Assembly: GCA_964356915.1 (NCBI GenBank)
Contig: CAYHJF010000002.1
Span: 148,522 to 212,521, forward strand
Source: an uncultured Candidatus Saccharibacteria bacterium
GTDB taxonomy: Bacteria > Patescibacteriota > Minisyncoccia > Ryanbacterales > GWA2-47-10b
Length of the DNA: 64,000 nucleotides
Reading direction: 5' to 3'
Shown here piece by piece: positions 49,703 through 60,099 of the stretch; position 1 is the first letter of the stretch; every line of letters starts with the position of its first letter. The notes under the pieces are model-generated. The model had not been told where the DNA came from. It did not search any database and saw nothing but the letters and a program-made list of their open reading frames with translations. The translations under genes were made by a program, and so were the position numbers.

Positions 49703-50026
49703 CTAATCTGTGGACAATGTAACCCATCGTTCCAATTCCTCTCTATTTTCAAGTACATCCAAGGGCACTTCATAATATGACTTGAGCACTTGCGACGAAC
49801 GCGGACTAAATGGCTTCATGCCAGCAGCAAGATAATAGCCCCTCGTCCTCTCACTAACTTTCATGTAAAACCTCCCTTTTGAAATAATTCCGAAAAACTT
49901 TGCACCATGATACAATCCCCACCCACCAAACATTCGCCGTGCCCAAATGCCGGACAAATTCGATAATTGCTCAAGCACGTATATCTGAAACTCATCGCTC
50001 TGAATCGTTATTTTCTTCTTAATCAT
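49703..50026 (-). CDS. TfoX N-terminal domain protein
   Basis: RRMFGGWGLY, FYMKV, SYYEVP. Confidence 0.85.
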   Translation of the reverse strand: MIKKKITIQSDEFQIYVLEQLSNLSGIWARRMFGGWGLYHGAKFFGIISKGRFYMKVSERTRGYYLAAGMKPFSPRSSQVLKSYYEVPLDVLENREELERWVTLSTD

Positions 50027-50101
50027 ACTCGTACGCCTAATATGTCCCTTGATAAACTTATTCTATCCCTCTGTACGCAGCGATGCTATACTAGTACTGA
50101 C

Positions 50102-50398
50102 ATGGATACACTCATAAAATCAGATGTCTTTTTCTTTATAACATCCATCGCCGTTATTGTGCTGGGTGCTCTTATTGGAGCCGCCACAGTATACCTGATT
50201 CGAATTCTGCGCGATGTAAAAGCAATTTCCGAACGAGTAAAAGAAGAAACTACCGCAACAGCTGATGATTTCCGTGAAGTACGCTCACATCTCAAAGCTC
50301 AAGGCTTGGGATTTGCCGCGTTATCAAAATTGAAGAAACTTTTCCGAATGGATAGAAAAGGTCGTTCATCACATACAAAAAATACTCGCAATGGCTAA
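50102..50398 (+). CDS. Single-TM hypothetical protein
   Basis: MDTLIKSDVFFFITS + TM + coiled coil. Confidence 0.7.
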   Translation: MDTLIKSDVFFFITSIAVIVLGALIGAATVYLIRILRDVKAISERVKEETTATADDFREVRSHLKAQGLGFAALSKLKKLFRMDRKGRSSHTKNTRNG

Positions 50399-50717
50399 AA
50401 AACACACAGGGGCAAAGATCGCAGCAGGAGTTGGAGTCGGACTTGCAGCCGCGGCAGCAGCCGGATCACTATTTCTCTATGGAAGGCAAGGAGCAAAAAA
50501 TAGAAAAGTAGTTACATCATGGGCACTCAAAGCAAAGGCTGAAGTACTTGAACAGGTTGAGAAAATGAAAAAACTTGACCGCAAAGATTTTGAGCAAGTC
50601 GTGGATACCATCACAAAACGCTACGCGAAAGCAAAGCGTACAAGCGTCAAAGAGGCCGCAACTCTTGCGCATGAATTGAAAAGTCACTGGAAAGACATCC
50701 AGAAAAAAATTAAGTAA
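50391..50717 (+). CDS. YtxH-like hypothetical protein
   Basis: Gly/Ala hydrophobic N-terminus followed by Lys-rich helices. Confidence 0.65.
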   Translation: MAKKHTGAKIAAGVGVGLAAAAAAGSLFLYGRQGAKNRKVVTSWALKAKAEVLEQVEKMKKLDRKDFEQVVDTITKRYAKAKRTSVKEAATLAHELKSHWKDIQKKIK

Positions 50718-50750
50718 CAAAAAACCCCCGACTGTCGGGGGTTTTTGTTT
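50716..50750. terminator. Intrinsic terminator
   Basis: AAAAACCCCCGA-CTG-TCGGGGGTTTTT. Confidence 0.8.
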
Positions 50751-50778
50751 ATACCTAAAATCAAGTACACTGTAGACA

Positions 50779-51816
50779 ATGAATGAGCGGAACGTACAAA
50801 TTGGCTTTTTTCTTACGTTACTTAGCGCTGCGTTTCTCGCAACGATTATTATGCTCGCTCCCTACCTCTCACCCCTATTGATCGCGGGGACCCTCGCGCT
50901 CATCTTTCGTCCGATCCATCGGCGTATCACAAAAATATTAGGAGGCTGGGAAGGGCTTGCGACACTCCTCACCTTACTTCTTGTCATACTGCTCGTTCTT
51001 ACTCCACTGACCATACTCGCGCTCAAAATTTTTGAAGAAGCTCGCAACCTCTACATTTCAACGCTTACCACAAATGGCGAAAGCACATTCTCTATCATCA
51101 ATACAACTATACATAATTTTGAATTATCGCTCCGCCAATTCGCTCCAAATCTTACCCTCAACATACGCAGCGCGTTTGCTCAGCTGGCAGGAATTCTCGT
51201 ACAAAACATCGGATCACTCTTTTCAAGCCTCATTAAAACACTTGTAAATCTCTTCTTGATGCTTGTTACTCTTTTCTACCTCCTTAAAGATGGTACTCGC
51301 TTTCGAAAGATTATTATCATGGCGAGCCCCCTTCCTGATGTACACGATGAAGAAATTCTTGCGCGCCTAGAGGCAACCGTAAGCTCCGTAGTAAAAGGGT
51401 CAATTTTTACGGCAATTATCCAAGGAATCTTAGCAGGAGTAGGGTTCATGCTCTTTGGAGTACCAAGCCCATTTCTCTTCGGCACCGCCGCAGCATTTGC
51501 CGCACTCATTCCTGGCATAGGCACGGCTCTCGTGCTCATACCTATCATACTCATACTTTTTTTTAGTGGACAAACCTCCTCGGCGATTGGACTTCTCTTG
51601 TGGAGCGCTCTCATCGTGGGCCTCATTGATAATTTCCTCGGACCCATCATTATGAATCGTCAAATTAAGATTCATCCAATGGCTGTGCTTCTCGCAGTAC
51701 TTGGAGGCATTACACTCTTTGGACCTATGGGAATTTTGGTCGGCCCTCTTATTGTGAGTTTACTTTTTACCCTTATTCATATTTACGCAACGCTCGTACA
51801 TCGTACGCTCGACTAA
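50779..51816 (+). CDS. AI-2E (UPF0118) family transporter
   Basis: FYLLKDG, IPGIGT, IDNFLGP, FGPMGILVGP. Confidence 0.9.
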   Translation: MNERNVQIGFFLTLLSAAFLATIIMLAPYLSPLLIAGTLALIFRPIHRRITKILGGWEGLATLLTLLLVILLVLTPLTILALKIFEEARNLYISTLTTNGESTFSIINTTIHNFELSLRQFAPNLTLNIRSAFAQLAGILVQNIGSLFSSLIKTLVNLFLMLVTLFYLLKDGTRFRKIIIMASPLPDVHDEEILARLEATVSSVVKGSIFTAIIQGILAGVGFMLFGVPSPFLFGTAAAFAALIPGIGTALVLIPIILILFFSGQTSSAIGLLLWSALIVGLIDNFLGPIIMNRQIKIHPMAVLLAVLGGITLFGPMGILVGPLIVSLLFTLIHIYATLVHRTLD

Positions 51817-51822
51817 TTACCT

Positions 51823-52791
51823 ATGCTCGTTGATGATATTACAATCTATATAAAAGCCGGTAATGGTGGGCGCGGGGCTGTCGCGTTTCAAAAAAATAAA
51901 ATGGCCTTGGGGCCAACTGGCGCACGCGGGGGTAATGGTGCCAATGTATACCTTGAAGGCGTAGCCGATCTTGGCGCGCTTCGACAATTTCGCAACAAAA
52001 AAGACTTTCTTGCTCCAAATGGAGAACAAGGCAAGAGTCAATTTAACGACGGACATAAAGGCGACGATCTTACATTAAGAATCCCCGTCGGCACAGTCAT
52101 ACACAACCTAACAACCAAAACTCAATCCGAACTCATAAAAATTGGCGAACGACTCCTTGTGGCGCGGGGAGGATTTGGGGGTAAGGGTAACTTTCACTTT
52201 CGCTCTCCGACAAACCGCAGTCCGAAAGAATTCCAACCAGGACTACCCGGCGAAGCATTCGATGTCCGCCTTGAGCTTAAATTAATTGCAGACGTAGGAT
52301 TTGTAGGCCTCCCCAATATTGGCAAATCAAGCCTCATCAACGTACTGACAAATGCTCAAAGTAAAGTAGCAAACTATCAATTCACAACACTCGAACCAAG
52401 TTTGGGCGCGTATTATGATCTCATACTTGCTGACATCCCCGGTCTTATTGAGGGCGCATCAACGGGGAAAGGTCTCGGAATTAAATTTTTGCGTCACGTC
52501 GAGCGAACACGCACACTCTTTCATTTTATCGCCGCGGACTCAGACCATCCTGCCGCAGACTACAAAACAATACGCAAAGAACTTGGGACATACAATAAAG
52601 CTCTCTTAAAAAAAGAAGAGTACATCATTATCAGCCGCTCCGATATGCGCTCTCCCGCTGAAGTAAAAAAAATCGTAGCGCTATTCAAGCGCCTTAAAAA
52701 AACCGTCATCGCGCTCTCAATTTACGATGATGAGAGCCTTAAAGAGCTTAAGAAAACTCTCGCCTTGCTCAATAAGGCAAAACATATTTAA
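51823..52791 (+). CDS. obgE: GTPase Obg
   Basis: Gly-rich Obg fold, GLPNIGKS, FTTLEP, DIPG. Confidence 0.95.
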   Translation: MLVDDITIYIKAGNGGRGAVAFQKNKMALGPTGARGGNGANVYLEGVADLGALRQFRNKKDFLAPNGEQGKSQFNDGHKGDDLTLRIPVGTVIHNLTTKTQSELIKIGERLLVARGGFGGKGNFHFRSPTNRSPKEFQPGLPGEAFDVRLELKLIADVGFVGLPNIGKSSLINVLTNAQSKVANYQFTTLEPSLGAYYDLILADIPGLIEGASTGKGLGIKFLRHVERTRTLFHFIAADSDHPAADYKTIRKELGTYNKALLKKEEYIIISRSDMRSPAEVKKIVALFKRLKKTVIALSIYDDESLKELKKTLALLNKAKHI

Positions 52792-53366
52792 TCGGCAGTC
52801 TCCTCCGCACGAACGTATCGAAAAAAACCGATCAAGACAAAGACTGTTACAACTCCCAATATAACCGCGTATCTTCCAAAAACATCCGCGCTTTTTCCAA
52901 AAAAATACCCTATAGCGAGAAACCCGCACGCCCATAGATATGACGTGGTAAGGGTAATAATTCCAAAAACTCCTCGATGCATTTTTCCAAGCCCCGCAGG
53001 AATTGGGACAAACACCTTTATTGCAGGAAGTAACTTTCCTACAAACAAAAACCACGCGCCCCTTTTTTCAAACGCTCTACTAACCCTTCTAACTTCTCGC
53101 TCAGGAAACATAAAAAAACGCGTAATATACTTCTCGCCTTTTTTTCGTGCAAGCTCATAAAGAACTATATTGCCAATCGTATTAGCAACCGCTCCAACAA
53201 GCGCAATAATAAAAAAATCAAAAAAACCAGTAGACACAAAATACCCCGCAATAATATATAGAACTTGACTCGAAGGAAATGAAACAACGCCATTCGCAAT
53301 CATCATCAAAAATACGCCACCATAACCAAGTCCTACAAGAATATATTCAACTGAATACCCTATCAT
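52788..53366 (-). CDS. DedA family protein (second, divergent)
   Basis: GYGGVF...FPSSQV...AG, GKLLPAIKVFVPIPAG. Confidence 0.8.
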   Translation of the reverse strand: MIGYSVEYILVGLGYGGVFLMMIANGVVSFPSSQVLYIIAGYFVSTGFFDFFIIALVGAVANTIGNIVLYELARKKGEKYITRFFMFPEREVRRVSRAFEKRGAWFLFVGKLLPAIKVFVPIPAGLGKMHRGVFGIITLTTSYLWACGFLAIGYFFGKSADVFGRYAVILGVVTVFVLIGFFRYVRAEETAD

Positions 53367-53428
53367 ATAAGTACCTACAGTATACGCTCTAGGAGCTAAC
53401 TTGTCGTCAATTTTTTAAAAATACCGCC

Positions 53429-54025
53429 TTATGGGGCGGTATAAAAAATCCACTGTCTCTTTCCTGCCTGCCACTCAAAAAACCAATCATCTTCGTGCGC
53501 ATCCACACCGGAAGTCACAAAGAAATCTTTCATTGCCGACTGATAGCTCTTACAGTCATCCGAAAAAATAAAATGAGCAAAAATTCTAAGAAAATATTCA
53601 AGACGCACGTAATGAACTGATCGTGGAAGTACTTTCGTTCGCCATGCGCGAGATTGCGTCCGCCGCACAGTTAACTCCGGAGTCTGCGTAACACGCGCGA
53701 GATGTTGCAAACTTATTCCAAGTCCCTTACGAAGAAAGGTAAACTCCTCTCCAGTAAATGGGGTAACCTTTTGAGAAACGGCTCGCGACATGACTCTCAA
53801 AAGCGGACCAAGACTAGGAATTGTTGGCGCCTCCTCAGAACACCGAGGACACCGAGATACCGTAATCCCTACAAACCGAGCTTTCGACAACCCCATAAGC
53901 AGAGATCGATACGCTGTTTGACACGTTGTTTTGCGCGATATAAGCCATACCTGACAACGATCACACTTCATCGCTATTCTCCCTGTACGACTTCCGCCGC
54001 CCTGTATGATGCGAAACCCTTTCAT
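53429..54025 (-). CDS. MqsA/YgiT-type zinc-finger + HTH protein
   Basis: MKCDRC...CPRCSE...GEEFTFLRKGLGISLQHLA. Confidence 0.65.
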   Translation of the reverse strand: MKGFRIIQGGGSRTGRIAMKCDRCQVWLISRKTTCQTAYRSLLMGLSKARFVGITVSRCPRCSEEAPTIPSLGPLLRVMSRAVSQKVTPFTGEEFTFLRKGLGISLQHLARVTQTPELTVRRTQSRAWRTKVLPRSVHYVRLEYFLRIFAHFIFSDDCKSYQSAMKDFFVTSGVDAHEDDWFFEWQAGKRQWIFYTAP

Positions 54026-54414
54026 TAATATTCAGCGTATCCTTGGCTTGATTCCGCCATCCATACATGACACTCAACGCGAGCGACTCGAAATATTTGT
54101 GGAACGGCATCACGTACAAAGATCTCTCCCAACGCTCTCCCAATCGCATCGGCAAGCTTATGAAAAGGAGCATCCATTCTTCTACCCTCCACTTCAAGAA
54201 ACCAACGAACCTCCGCAATCACTTCGCGTTGACTGCGATTCGGCCCAAGCTCATAATCTTCTTTGTGAAAAAATATACTCACTTGAGAAGGCTCGGAAAG
54301 CCCAAGCTCCACAACATCAAGAATATCTCTGACCAATCGTGGCCGCACAACATCACGTAGATATGGGTTTATACCTTCAGCATGTGGTACACCATAGACA
54401 TGAAGAATTGGCAT
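54025..54414 (-). CDS. Tautomerase-superfamily-like protein
   Basis: AAGGAGG RBS; Met-Pro start (MPILHVYG); two beta-alpha-beta-like units. Confidence 0.5.
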   Translation of the reverse strand: MPILHVYGVPHAEGINPYLRDVVRPRLVRDILDVVELGLSEPSQVSIFFHKEDYELGPNRSQREVIAEVRWFLEVEGRRMDAPFHKLADAIGRALGEIFVRDAVPQIFRVARVECHVWMAESSQGYAEY

Positions 54415-54471
54415 GAGTGCCTCCTTAAAAAGCTATACCATGATATTTCTTTGCTGCATAGGCTATAGTTC

Positions 54472-54506
54472 AAAAAATAAAAAACCCCGCAAAAAAAGCA
54501 GGGCTC
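54472..54506 (-). terminator. Terminator ending the six-gene cluster
   Basis: GCCCTGC-T7-GCGGGGT then TTTTTATTTTTT. Confidence 0.55.
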
Positions 54507-54527
54507 ATAGATAAAGAACAAAAAAGA

Positions 54528-56123
54528 TCATTGTGGAGGGGAAAGTCCGAGTTCACGTTCAATTTGCGCACCCCATTCATCCGGCTTCGCAGGATTTACC
54601 CACGCGAGTCTACCGGTCGCCGCGTCAGTTGCTGCAATCTCCGGCAATGCACCCGCAATGAATCGTCGCTCTCCTTCTGAGGTATCGGAGACTGGCTTCT
54701 CAAGTGTAATCACGGTCGTAAGCCAGCATAGTCGATGCTTGCCTCCGATCATACGAACAAGTGGACGATGCTCGACAGGTCGATGTCGATTCCAGTCATA
54801 CATCTTCTTCGACCCAATCACCTGTGACGCGATCGCGCTCACACCAAGCAAACTCTCGCCACGACGATGATGCGAATATATGTAGACAACATTTGCCATA
54901 TCTCCCGGAACCCAAAGACTGGTATTCAACCCTTGCTTATCCGTATCAAACGGCTCAAGAGCAAAATACTGATAAAACATACCTCCCTGCCCTGGTATAT
55001 CAGCATGAATTGCGAATGGCTGAGGATTAACGTCATCCGCTAAATCTGCGATACGAACATCGCCCCGATGACTCCACGGCGCTGGTGCGAAGAATCCATC
55101 TTGGAAACGAAATGAATTCGCCATGTATCGTGTGACTGTATAAGGCGCAATATTTTGCCCCGCGAGAAACGGATAATTACGAATATGCTCTGGCGCAATC
55201 CATGTCCCCGCTCCAAAAATCGTAAGCCGCAAATCTGCGATCACTGATTCTTGTTCTTGGCGGATGATCTGTACACCCCCAAACTCCGGCTGCGGAAATA
55301 GCAATCCCGTCCACCGAATAAGCGTGACAACTTGAACCCACTCATTAGAATCATCTCGTAGATAAATCGTACCTGCGGGCTCATAATTCAAATACCGCAA
55401 TGGACCAAATGTCTTCACGGTAGCTGTTGCATTATTACGACCAAAGAGTAAATGCTCTCCTGTCATAAAGTTTACACGCATATGATGCTTTGAGTTTGAG
55501 AAATCCGGCGTCGGCTCCGTCCCCGGCACATCGAAAAGTTGATGCACGCCTTCACGGATTCTTGGCAACCAATACACTGGTTCCACGCCAAGAGTCCAAT
55601 GTCGCTCATCACCAATCCGCACAAATCGCGGAATCTGCGGCTGGAGATTCTCACTCATCGCCTGATGCGCATTTGAATGAACGGCATTGAGCGGCTGAAT
55701 ACGCTCGAACCCCGTAAGTGGTAGCTCTGTGAGCTCAATTTTCTGGAGCGTATAGTATCGCTTATACAATGCAAGATATTCATGCAAATCATCTCCCCAT
55801 TGGATCACTCCAAATGAAAGTGGGATCGCAAGCGCAGTAGCGATCAATCGACGACGATATGATCCTCGAAACAATGCGTGCCACAAACCATATGTGTACG
55901 GAATACCAAGAATCACAAGAAAGATACGCGTACGTACCATCAATATGTATGGATGTACAATTGCTCGCGCGAGAAATAAAATCGCAAGAACAACGAAGCA
56001 CAGCACCAGAAACCATACCCGATGTCTTTTGAGAAAGTCTTTCAGGCGCTCTTGTGCGTGAACGAACGTCCAGTAGATACGCCCTCTATTATCTTTTTTA
56101 CTAGAATCGCTTATCGCCGTCAT
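54528..56123 (-). CDS. Membrane protein with N-terminal TMs and a large soluble domain, unknown function
   Basis: ~530 aa ORF overlapping the upstream gene; start 56123 or 56132. Confidence 0.75.
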   Translation of the reverse strand: MTAISDSSKKDNRGRIYWTFVHAQERLKDFLKRHRVWFLVLCFVVLAILFLARAIVHPYILMVRTRIFLVILGIPYTYGLWHALFRGSYRRRLIATALAIPLSFGVIQWGDDLHEYLALYKRYYTLQKIELTELPLTGFERIQPLNAVHSNAHQAMSENLQPQIPRFVRIGDERHWTLGVEPVYWLPRIREGVHQLFDVPGTEPTPDFSNSKHHMRVNFMTGEHLLFGRNNATATVKTFGPLRYLNYEPAGTIYLRDDSNEWVQVVTLIRWTGLLFPQPEFGGVQIIRQEQESVIADLRLTIFGAGTWIAPEHIRNYPFLAGQNIAPYTVTRYMANSFRFQDGFFAPAPWSHRGDVRIADLADDVNPQPFAIHADIPGQGGMFYQYFALEPFDTDKQGLNTSLWVPGDMANVVYIYSHHRRGESLLGVSAIASQVIGSKKMYDWNRHRPVEHRPLVRMIGGKHRLCWLTTVITLEKPVSDTSEGERRFIAGALPEIAATDAATGRLAWVNPAKPDEWGAQIERELGLSPPQ

Positions 56124-56733
56124 TCGGCTCACCCTTTACCGCCGTAACAGTTGGCTCCTCAGAACCATGTCGTACAAAGCGTCCGACGAGTTCAGTAGGA
56201 GATGGTACAGGATCGGCAGGTGCGGAAACGACAACATCACTTGGAGGCACGGGCACGGATACCGCAGCCTTTTCGCTCACACGACGCGCGCGACGCCAAC
56301 GAGCCAAAAAGGCCCCTGCTCGTTCTCTGATATCGATTTCACCAGACTCAATACGGTCAACCGCATCGAGAAGCGGCTGCTTACGACTCCATAGCCGAGC
56401 AAACCACGGTCCTGCATAAAAACCAACGATCATGAAGATACCTTCAAACGGTATGCTAAAGATCAGTCTCAATATACTTGCGGCGCCAACCCAAAATCCG
56501 AGCGCGCTCTGCGCAAGCACGATCATCAGCGCAACCGTAAAGCGCGAACTAAATCGCTGACCATGCACAAACCCGAGATTAATATTATCTCCGAGTTTTT
56601 CTCCATGTGTAAAGTCATACCATACACGATAAGCCGTTCGACCATAGTGATAGTCAACCATATACACAACAATGCCTTCGACGATACAACCAACCACAAA
56701 AGCAAAAAGACCATAGTCGATAGAAGATGCCAT
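56101..56733 (-). CDS. Membrane protein with Pro-rich tail, unknown function
   Basis: GAGGGAG RBS before ATG 56733; about 3 TM. Confidence 0.7.
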   Translation of the reverse strand: MASSIDYGLFAFVVGCIVEGIVVYMVDYHYGRTAYRVWYDFTHGEKLGDNINLGFVHGQRFSSRFTVALMIVLAQSALGFWVGAASILRLIFSIPFEGIFMIVGFYAGPWFARLWSRKQPLLDAVDRIESGEIDIRERAGAFLARWRRARRVSEKAAVSVPVPPSDVVVSAPADPVPSPTELVGRFVRHGSEEPTVTAVKGEPNDGDKRF

Positions 56734-56789
56734 GGCACTCCCTCTATTTTCGAAGTACGCTCCACATAACACATGGAGCATCTGAACGC

Positions 56790-56819
56790 ATTCTTACAAT
56801 AAATAATACCTTTTGTCAA
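56790..56819 (-). promoter_or_regulatory. Promoter motif copy 2
   Basis: TTGACA-17 nt ending TTG-TAAGAAT. Confidence 0.6.
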
Positions 56820-56831
56820 TGATTCCTTCGA

Positions 56832-56870
56832 AAAAAGAGAAAGAAAAAAGCCGAGCGTAATGCTCGGCCT
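56832..56870 (-). terminator. Terminator after the four-gene operon
   Basis: GCCGAGC-ATTAC-GCTCGGC then TTTTTTCTTT. Confidence 0.75.
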
Positions 56871-56893
56871 TGAGTTATTCCTAATGAACTTTA

Positions 56894-58144
56894 TTACTGA
56901 CTCATTCGCGGCACATAGTGCTTACGAATAACGTCGACGGCCCATGCGCGCTTCGCGTCGGGCCATGTCTGATACTCAGCAAAGAACCTATTTCTATCGG
57001 AGAGATAAAATCGATACATATCGATTAGCTGAAGTCTGCACAAGAGCATCCATACAGCCTCTTGATCAGTCTCCGACAGATCATCGTGAGGACGGAGAAG
57101 GATCGCGGAGAGTTGTGGATCAAGTTTTTCGATTTTCGGACGTCCACCATTACGCAGATCGAGTGAAAATCGTTCAAGCATATGATAGACCTCGGGCAAC
57201 TCATCTGCATGACGAGCGGCGAATGCTCGTCGCTGCGCCATCTTGAGTTCTCCAAAGTTAATCTCGGGAGAAATTCGTCCGAGTAAGTCTGCCAAAATGC
57301 TATCGCATTTTTCGCGCAGCACCTCTGGATGCTTGCGATACCATCGAAGATTGATCTCAACAAGCCCTTCTTTCAACACATGTTCCGCGAGATTCGAATC
57401 ATCGAGTGCATATTCTTCGCACCCACCAAGTTTCCGAAGCTGGGAAGCATCTACCGCAATAAGAAGAGCTTTATCAACAGCACGCGATCGAAGAATGAAT
57501 ACTCCTCCAAACGCATTTGTGTAGTAAGACGACACTGGGACTTGAAACGGCGGAATATCAATACGCCGCATCCGAAGATCGCCCCACGTACGCCCGCTCT
57601 CTACGAGCTGTGCTCGTAGAGACGCATCAAACCATCCTGTCGGCTCTTCCTGAAAGCGTTCGATAAGCCCATGCTGCTCGTGCGCCGCGTCAAAAAGTCC
57701 TCCGGCTACTGATCGCAGCACGACATACCGCACGCGCAGTAAGTCATAAGGACTCTCATATCGTGTCAGCTCTTGATCAATATCAAGCCCCAGAAATGTC
57801 GTTGCTGTAATATCGGTAATCGCATTATGATGACGCTCGAAATATGCTCCCAAGAGTTGACGTTCGTAAGAAGAGAATGGCATCCAAATCGGTTTACTTC
57901 GCTGACTGGGTGTTAGGATGACGCCCATAGGGTTAGTGGGTCCTGCGCACAAGTAGGACATATTTCCCTTTTCGCGCGCAATCTGCCAACTCCATCCAAT
58001 ACCATCAACCTCAAACGATGTAAGTGTGGTTGGCTCAATACCAAGCTGCCTCAGAGCATCATTGTACCGACCAACCATCTTCGGTGTAGAGATTGATACG
58101 AGACCCTTACCAAAGAGTCCTGCTTGTACCAAGCGTTGCATCAA
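56894..58144 (-). CDS. Uncharacterised conserved protein (DUF6638-like)
   Basis: RYNDAL..LG...T.L..F.VDG.GWS..IA and YYTNAFGGVF; family name from memory, unverified. Confidence 0.65.
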   Translation of the reverse strand: MMQRLVQAGLFGKGLVSISTPKMVGRYNDALRQLGIEPTTLTSFEVDGIGWSWQIAREKGNMSYLCAGPTNPMGVILTPSQRSKPIWMPFSSYERQLLGAYFERHHNAITDITATTFLGLDIDQELTRYESPYDLLRVRYVVLRSVAGGLFDAAHEQHGLIERFQEEPTGWFDASLRAQLVESGRTWGDLRMRRIDIPPFQVPVSSYYTNAFGGVFILRSRAVDKALLIAVDASQLRKLGGCEEYALDDSNLAEHVLKEGLVEINLRWYRKHPEVLREKCDSILADLLGRISPEINFGELKMAQRRAFAARHADELPEVYHMLERFSLDLRNGGRPKIEKLDPQLSAILLRPHDDLSETDQEAVWMLLCRLQLIDMYRFYLSDRNRFFAEYQTWPDAKRAWAVDVIRKHYVPRMSQ

Positions 58145-60099
58145 CGCGCCTTTTCGCCGACTAGCTGATGAGCCGCTACTGCGATACGCAAACGCTCTGC
58201 TTCTCGTTCGACTTCGCGACGATACCCCGCGTCCTGGATGCGAACCATACTATCGAGATATCGGAATGTCTCTTGTAAGCGGATTTCCGCAAACGAAAGT
58301 CCCCTCATGTTTACCTGCATAAGCTCTCGAATCATTGCAACTTTTCGGGCGTACTCCCGTCTATAGAAAGTTTCGGGAGAGTCGAGCCAATCAGCCGGAA
58401 AGTCGAAGTCCATAACTCGGGCATCTACTGCCTTCTGAATATTGCGAACATCACGAGAACTAAACTCGGGGTATCGCGCGAGAACACCAGCGTAAAACTC
58501 TGCGAAAAACATCTGTTCATTTGGCTGATGTTTCGTCAGCGCTGTCTCGTACACTTCCCGAATCGATGCTTCTTTCGGCTCCGTATAGGTAGCCGAAATT
58601 TGCGAAAGTGACGTGAGTTCTCCCTGCGCTGAAAGATACGCATACCCAGATGGGTCAAGCATACCAACAAATGCAGGATCAAGTGCATGATATCGTCGCC
58701 ACCAAAGATAATCTTGATCAAGAAAATCTGTTGCAGTAGTTGCACCATTAATCATAGTACGGCTTTGAATTCTTGAGAGCACCGCCTTATCGATCTGATC
58801 GGGAATATTTGTACACACATGAATGACTGCGTTGCCATACTGCACGGCAGATGCACCTTCAGTGCGCCGCAAAAATACTCCAATCACCTCTCGCACACCA
58901 GCGGATACTCCTTGCCGAGTACGTTCTTCAAGAGTATTTTCCGCATCATCGATAGCGCCATACACGATACTCATTGGATCACTAAACGCACGCATATATG
59001 CGTCCATGTGTTCCGCTGACCCACCTTGAAACGTTGAAACAATTGTTTCGGGTAAAGGATGAAATTTGAATCTCAATCCAAGCCACTGACACCGATCAGC
59101 GAGCGCAGTCGCAATTGCTGCAATCTGCATCGACTTACCGGTTCCAGGCTTTCCATGTCCGAGCGTAAGAAATACGAATCCCCCAAGCTCAAACATAGGG
59201 TTTTTCTTGACTGTCGGATCATAGCAAGCTAATCGGTCAATAAGACGCCGGCCTGCGTGCTTTGCATCGCGATTGCCAACAATCTCATTAAACTCGACCC
59301 TACGAAATTCGACACTCCCACCTGATACATGTTCAACATCAAATCCACTGACAGTAAACTCACTGCCTTCGAGTTTATAATGTCGGCATGTAAAGGCATC
59401 GCTATGCTTAAATGAATCAAGCCGAAGCTTAAGTTCCTCAAGCACAGCACGGAAATATACAAGCGTCATCTTAAGGAATTCTTTTTCAGTCATGACCGAT
59501 CCAGAATCCTCAAGATACGCGCCGTAGTAATACATAACGCACGAGAGTGCATCAACACGATTTTTGAATGGAAGCTCTGGGATCCCCTGAAAATTCACAG
59601 GGATAGCGCCAATATCATCCTCCATTGATTCAATCATCCAAACAACGTAATACGCTGCTACGAAAATTGAAATCGCTGCATACGTTGCTGTCTTTTCATG
59701 AAATTCGGTACTCTGCACCTCGGGCAGTTTGCCTCGCTGATTCTGCTCGCGCAAAAGCGCGAGTCCAGAAGCCCGATCGTAAAGCTCTGACAGATGTCCT
59801 CCCATCTGGAGACCCTTTCGCAATGCAAGTAATGCGCGATTGATCTGCTCAGGAAAAATCACTGGGTCATTAGCAATTCGTGCTGCTGACTTCATGATTG
59901 AAACTGGCTTTTCGATGGTAGGTGCCGCAGTTGATTCACGCCACGCTGGACGATCACTACCACTCGCACCTCCACCTTTCGCCAAACTCGCGACATCCTT
60001 GATAGGTCGCCATTTGACTGACTGCAGTAATACATTTGCTGAACTACGATATGGTGCGATATCTGTCTCCCTAATCGGTAGCAGTTCTTTAGACGCCAT
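58141..60099 (-). CDS. AAA+ ATPase, single classical AAA module with long N-domain
   Basis: GKPGTGKS, YGAIDDAE, CTN sensor-1, DKAVLSR Arg finger. Confidence 0.85.
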   Translation of the reverse strand: MASKELLPIRETDIAPYRSSANVLLQSVKWRPIKDVASLAKGGGASGSDRPAWRESTAAPTIEKPVSIMKSAARIANDPVIFPEQINRALLALRKGLQMGGHLSELYDRASGLALLREQNQRGKLPEVQSTEFHEKTATYAAISIFVAAYYVVWMIESMEDDIGAIPVNFQGIPELPFKNRVDALSCVMYYYGAYLEDSGSVMTEKEFLKMTLVYFRAVLEELKLRLDSFKHSDAFTCRHYKLEGSEFTVSGFDVEHVSGGSVEFRRVEFNEIVGNRDAKHAGRRLIDRLACYDPTVKKNPMFELGGFVFLTLGHGKPGTGKSMQIAAIATALADRCQWLGLRFKFHPLPETIVSTFQGGSAEHMDAYMRAFSDPMSIVYGAIDDAENTLEERTRQGVSAGVREVIGVFLRRTEGASAVQYGNAVIHVCTNIPDQIDKAVLSRIQSRTMINGATTATDFLDQDYLWWRRYHALDPAFVGMLDPSGYAYLSAQGELTSLSQISATYTEPKEASIREVYETALTKHQPNEQMFFAEFYAGVLARYPEFSSRDVRNIQKAVDARVMDFDFPADWLDSPETFYRREYARKVAMIRELMQVNMRGLSFAEIRLQETFRYLDSMVRIQDAGYRREVEREAERLRIAVAAHQLVGEKAR

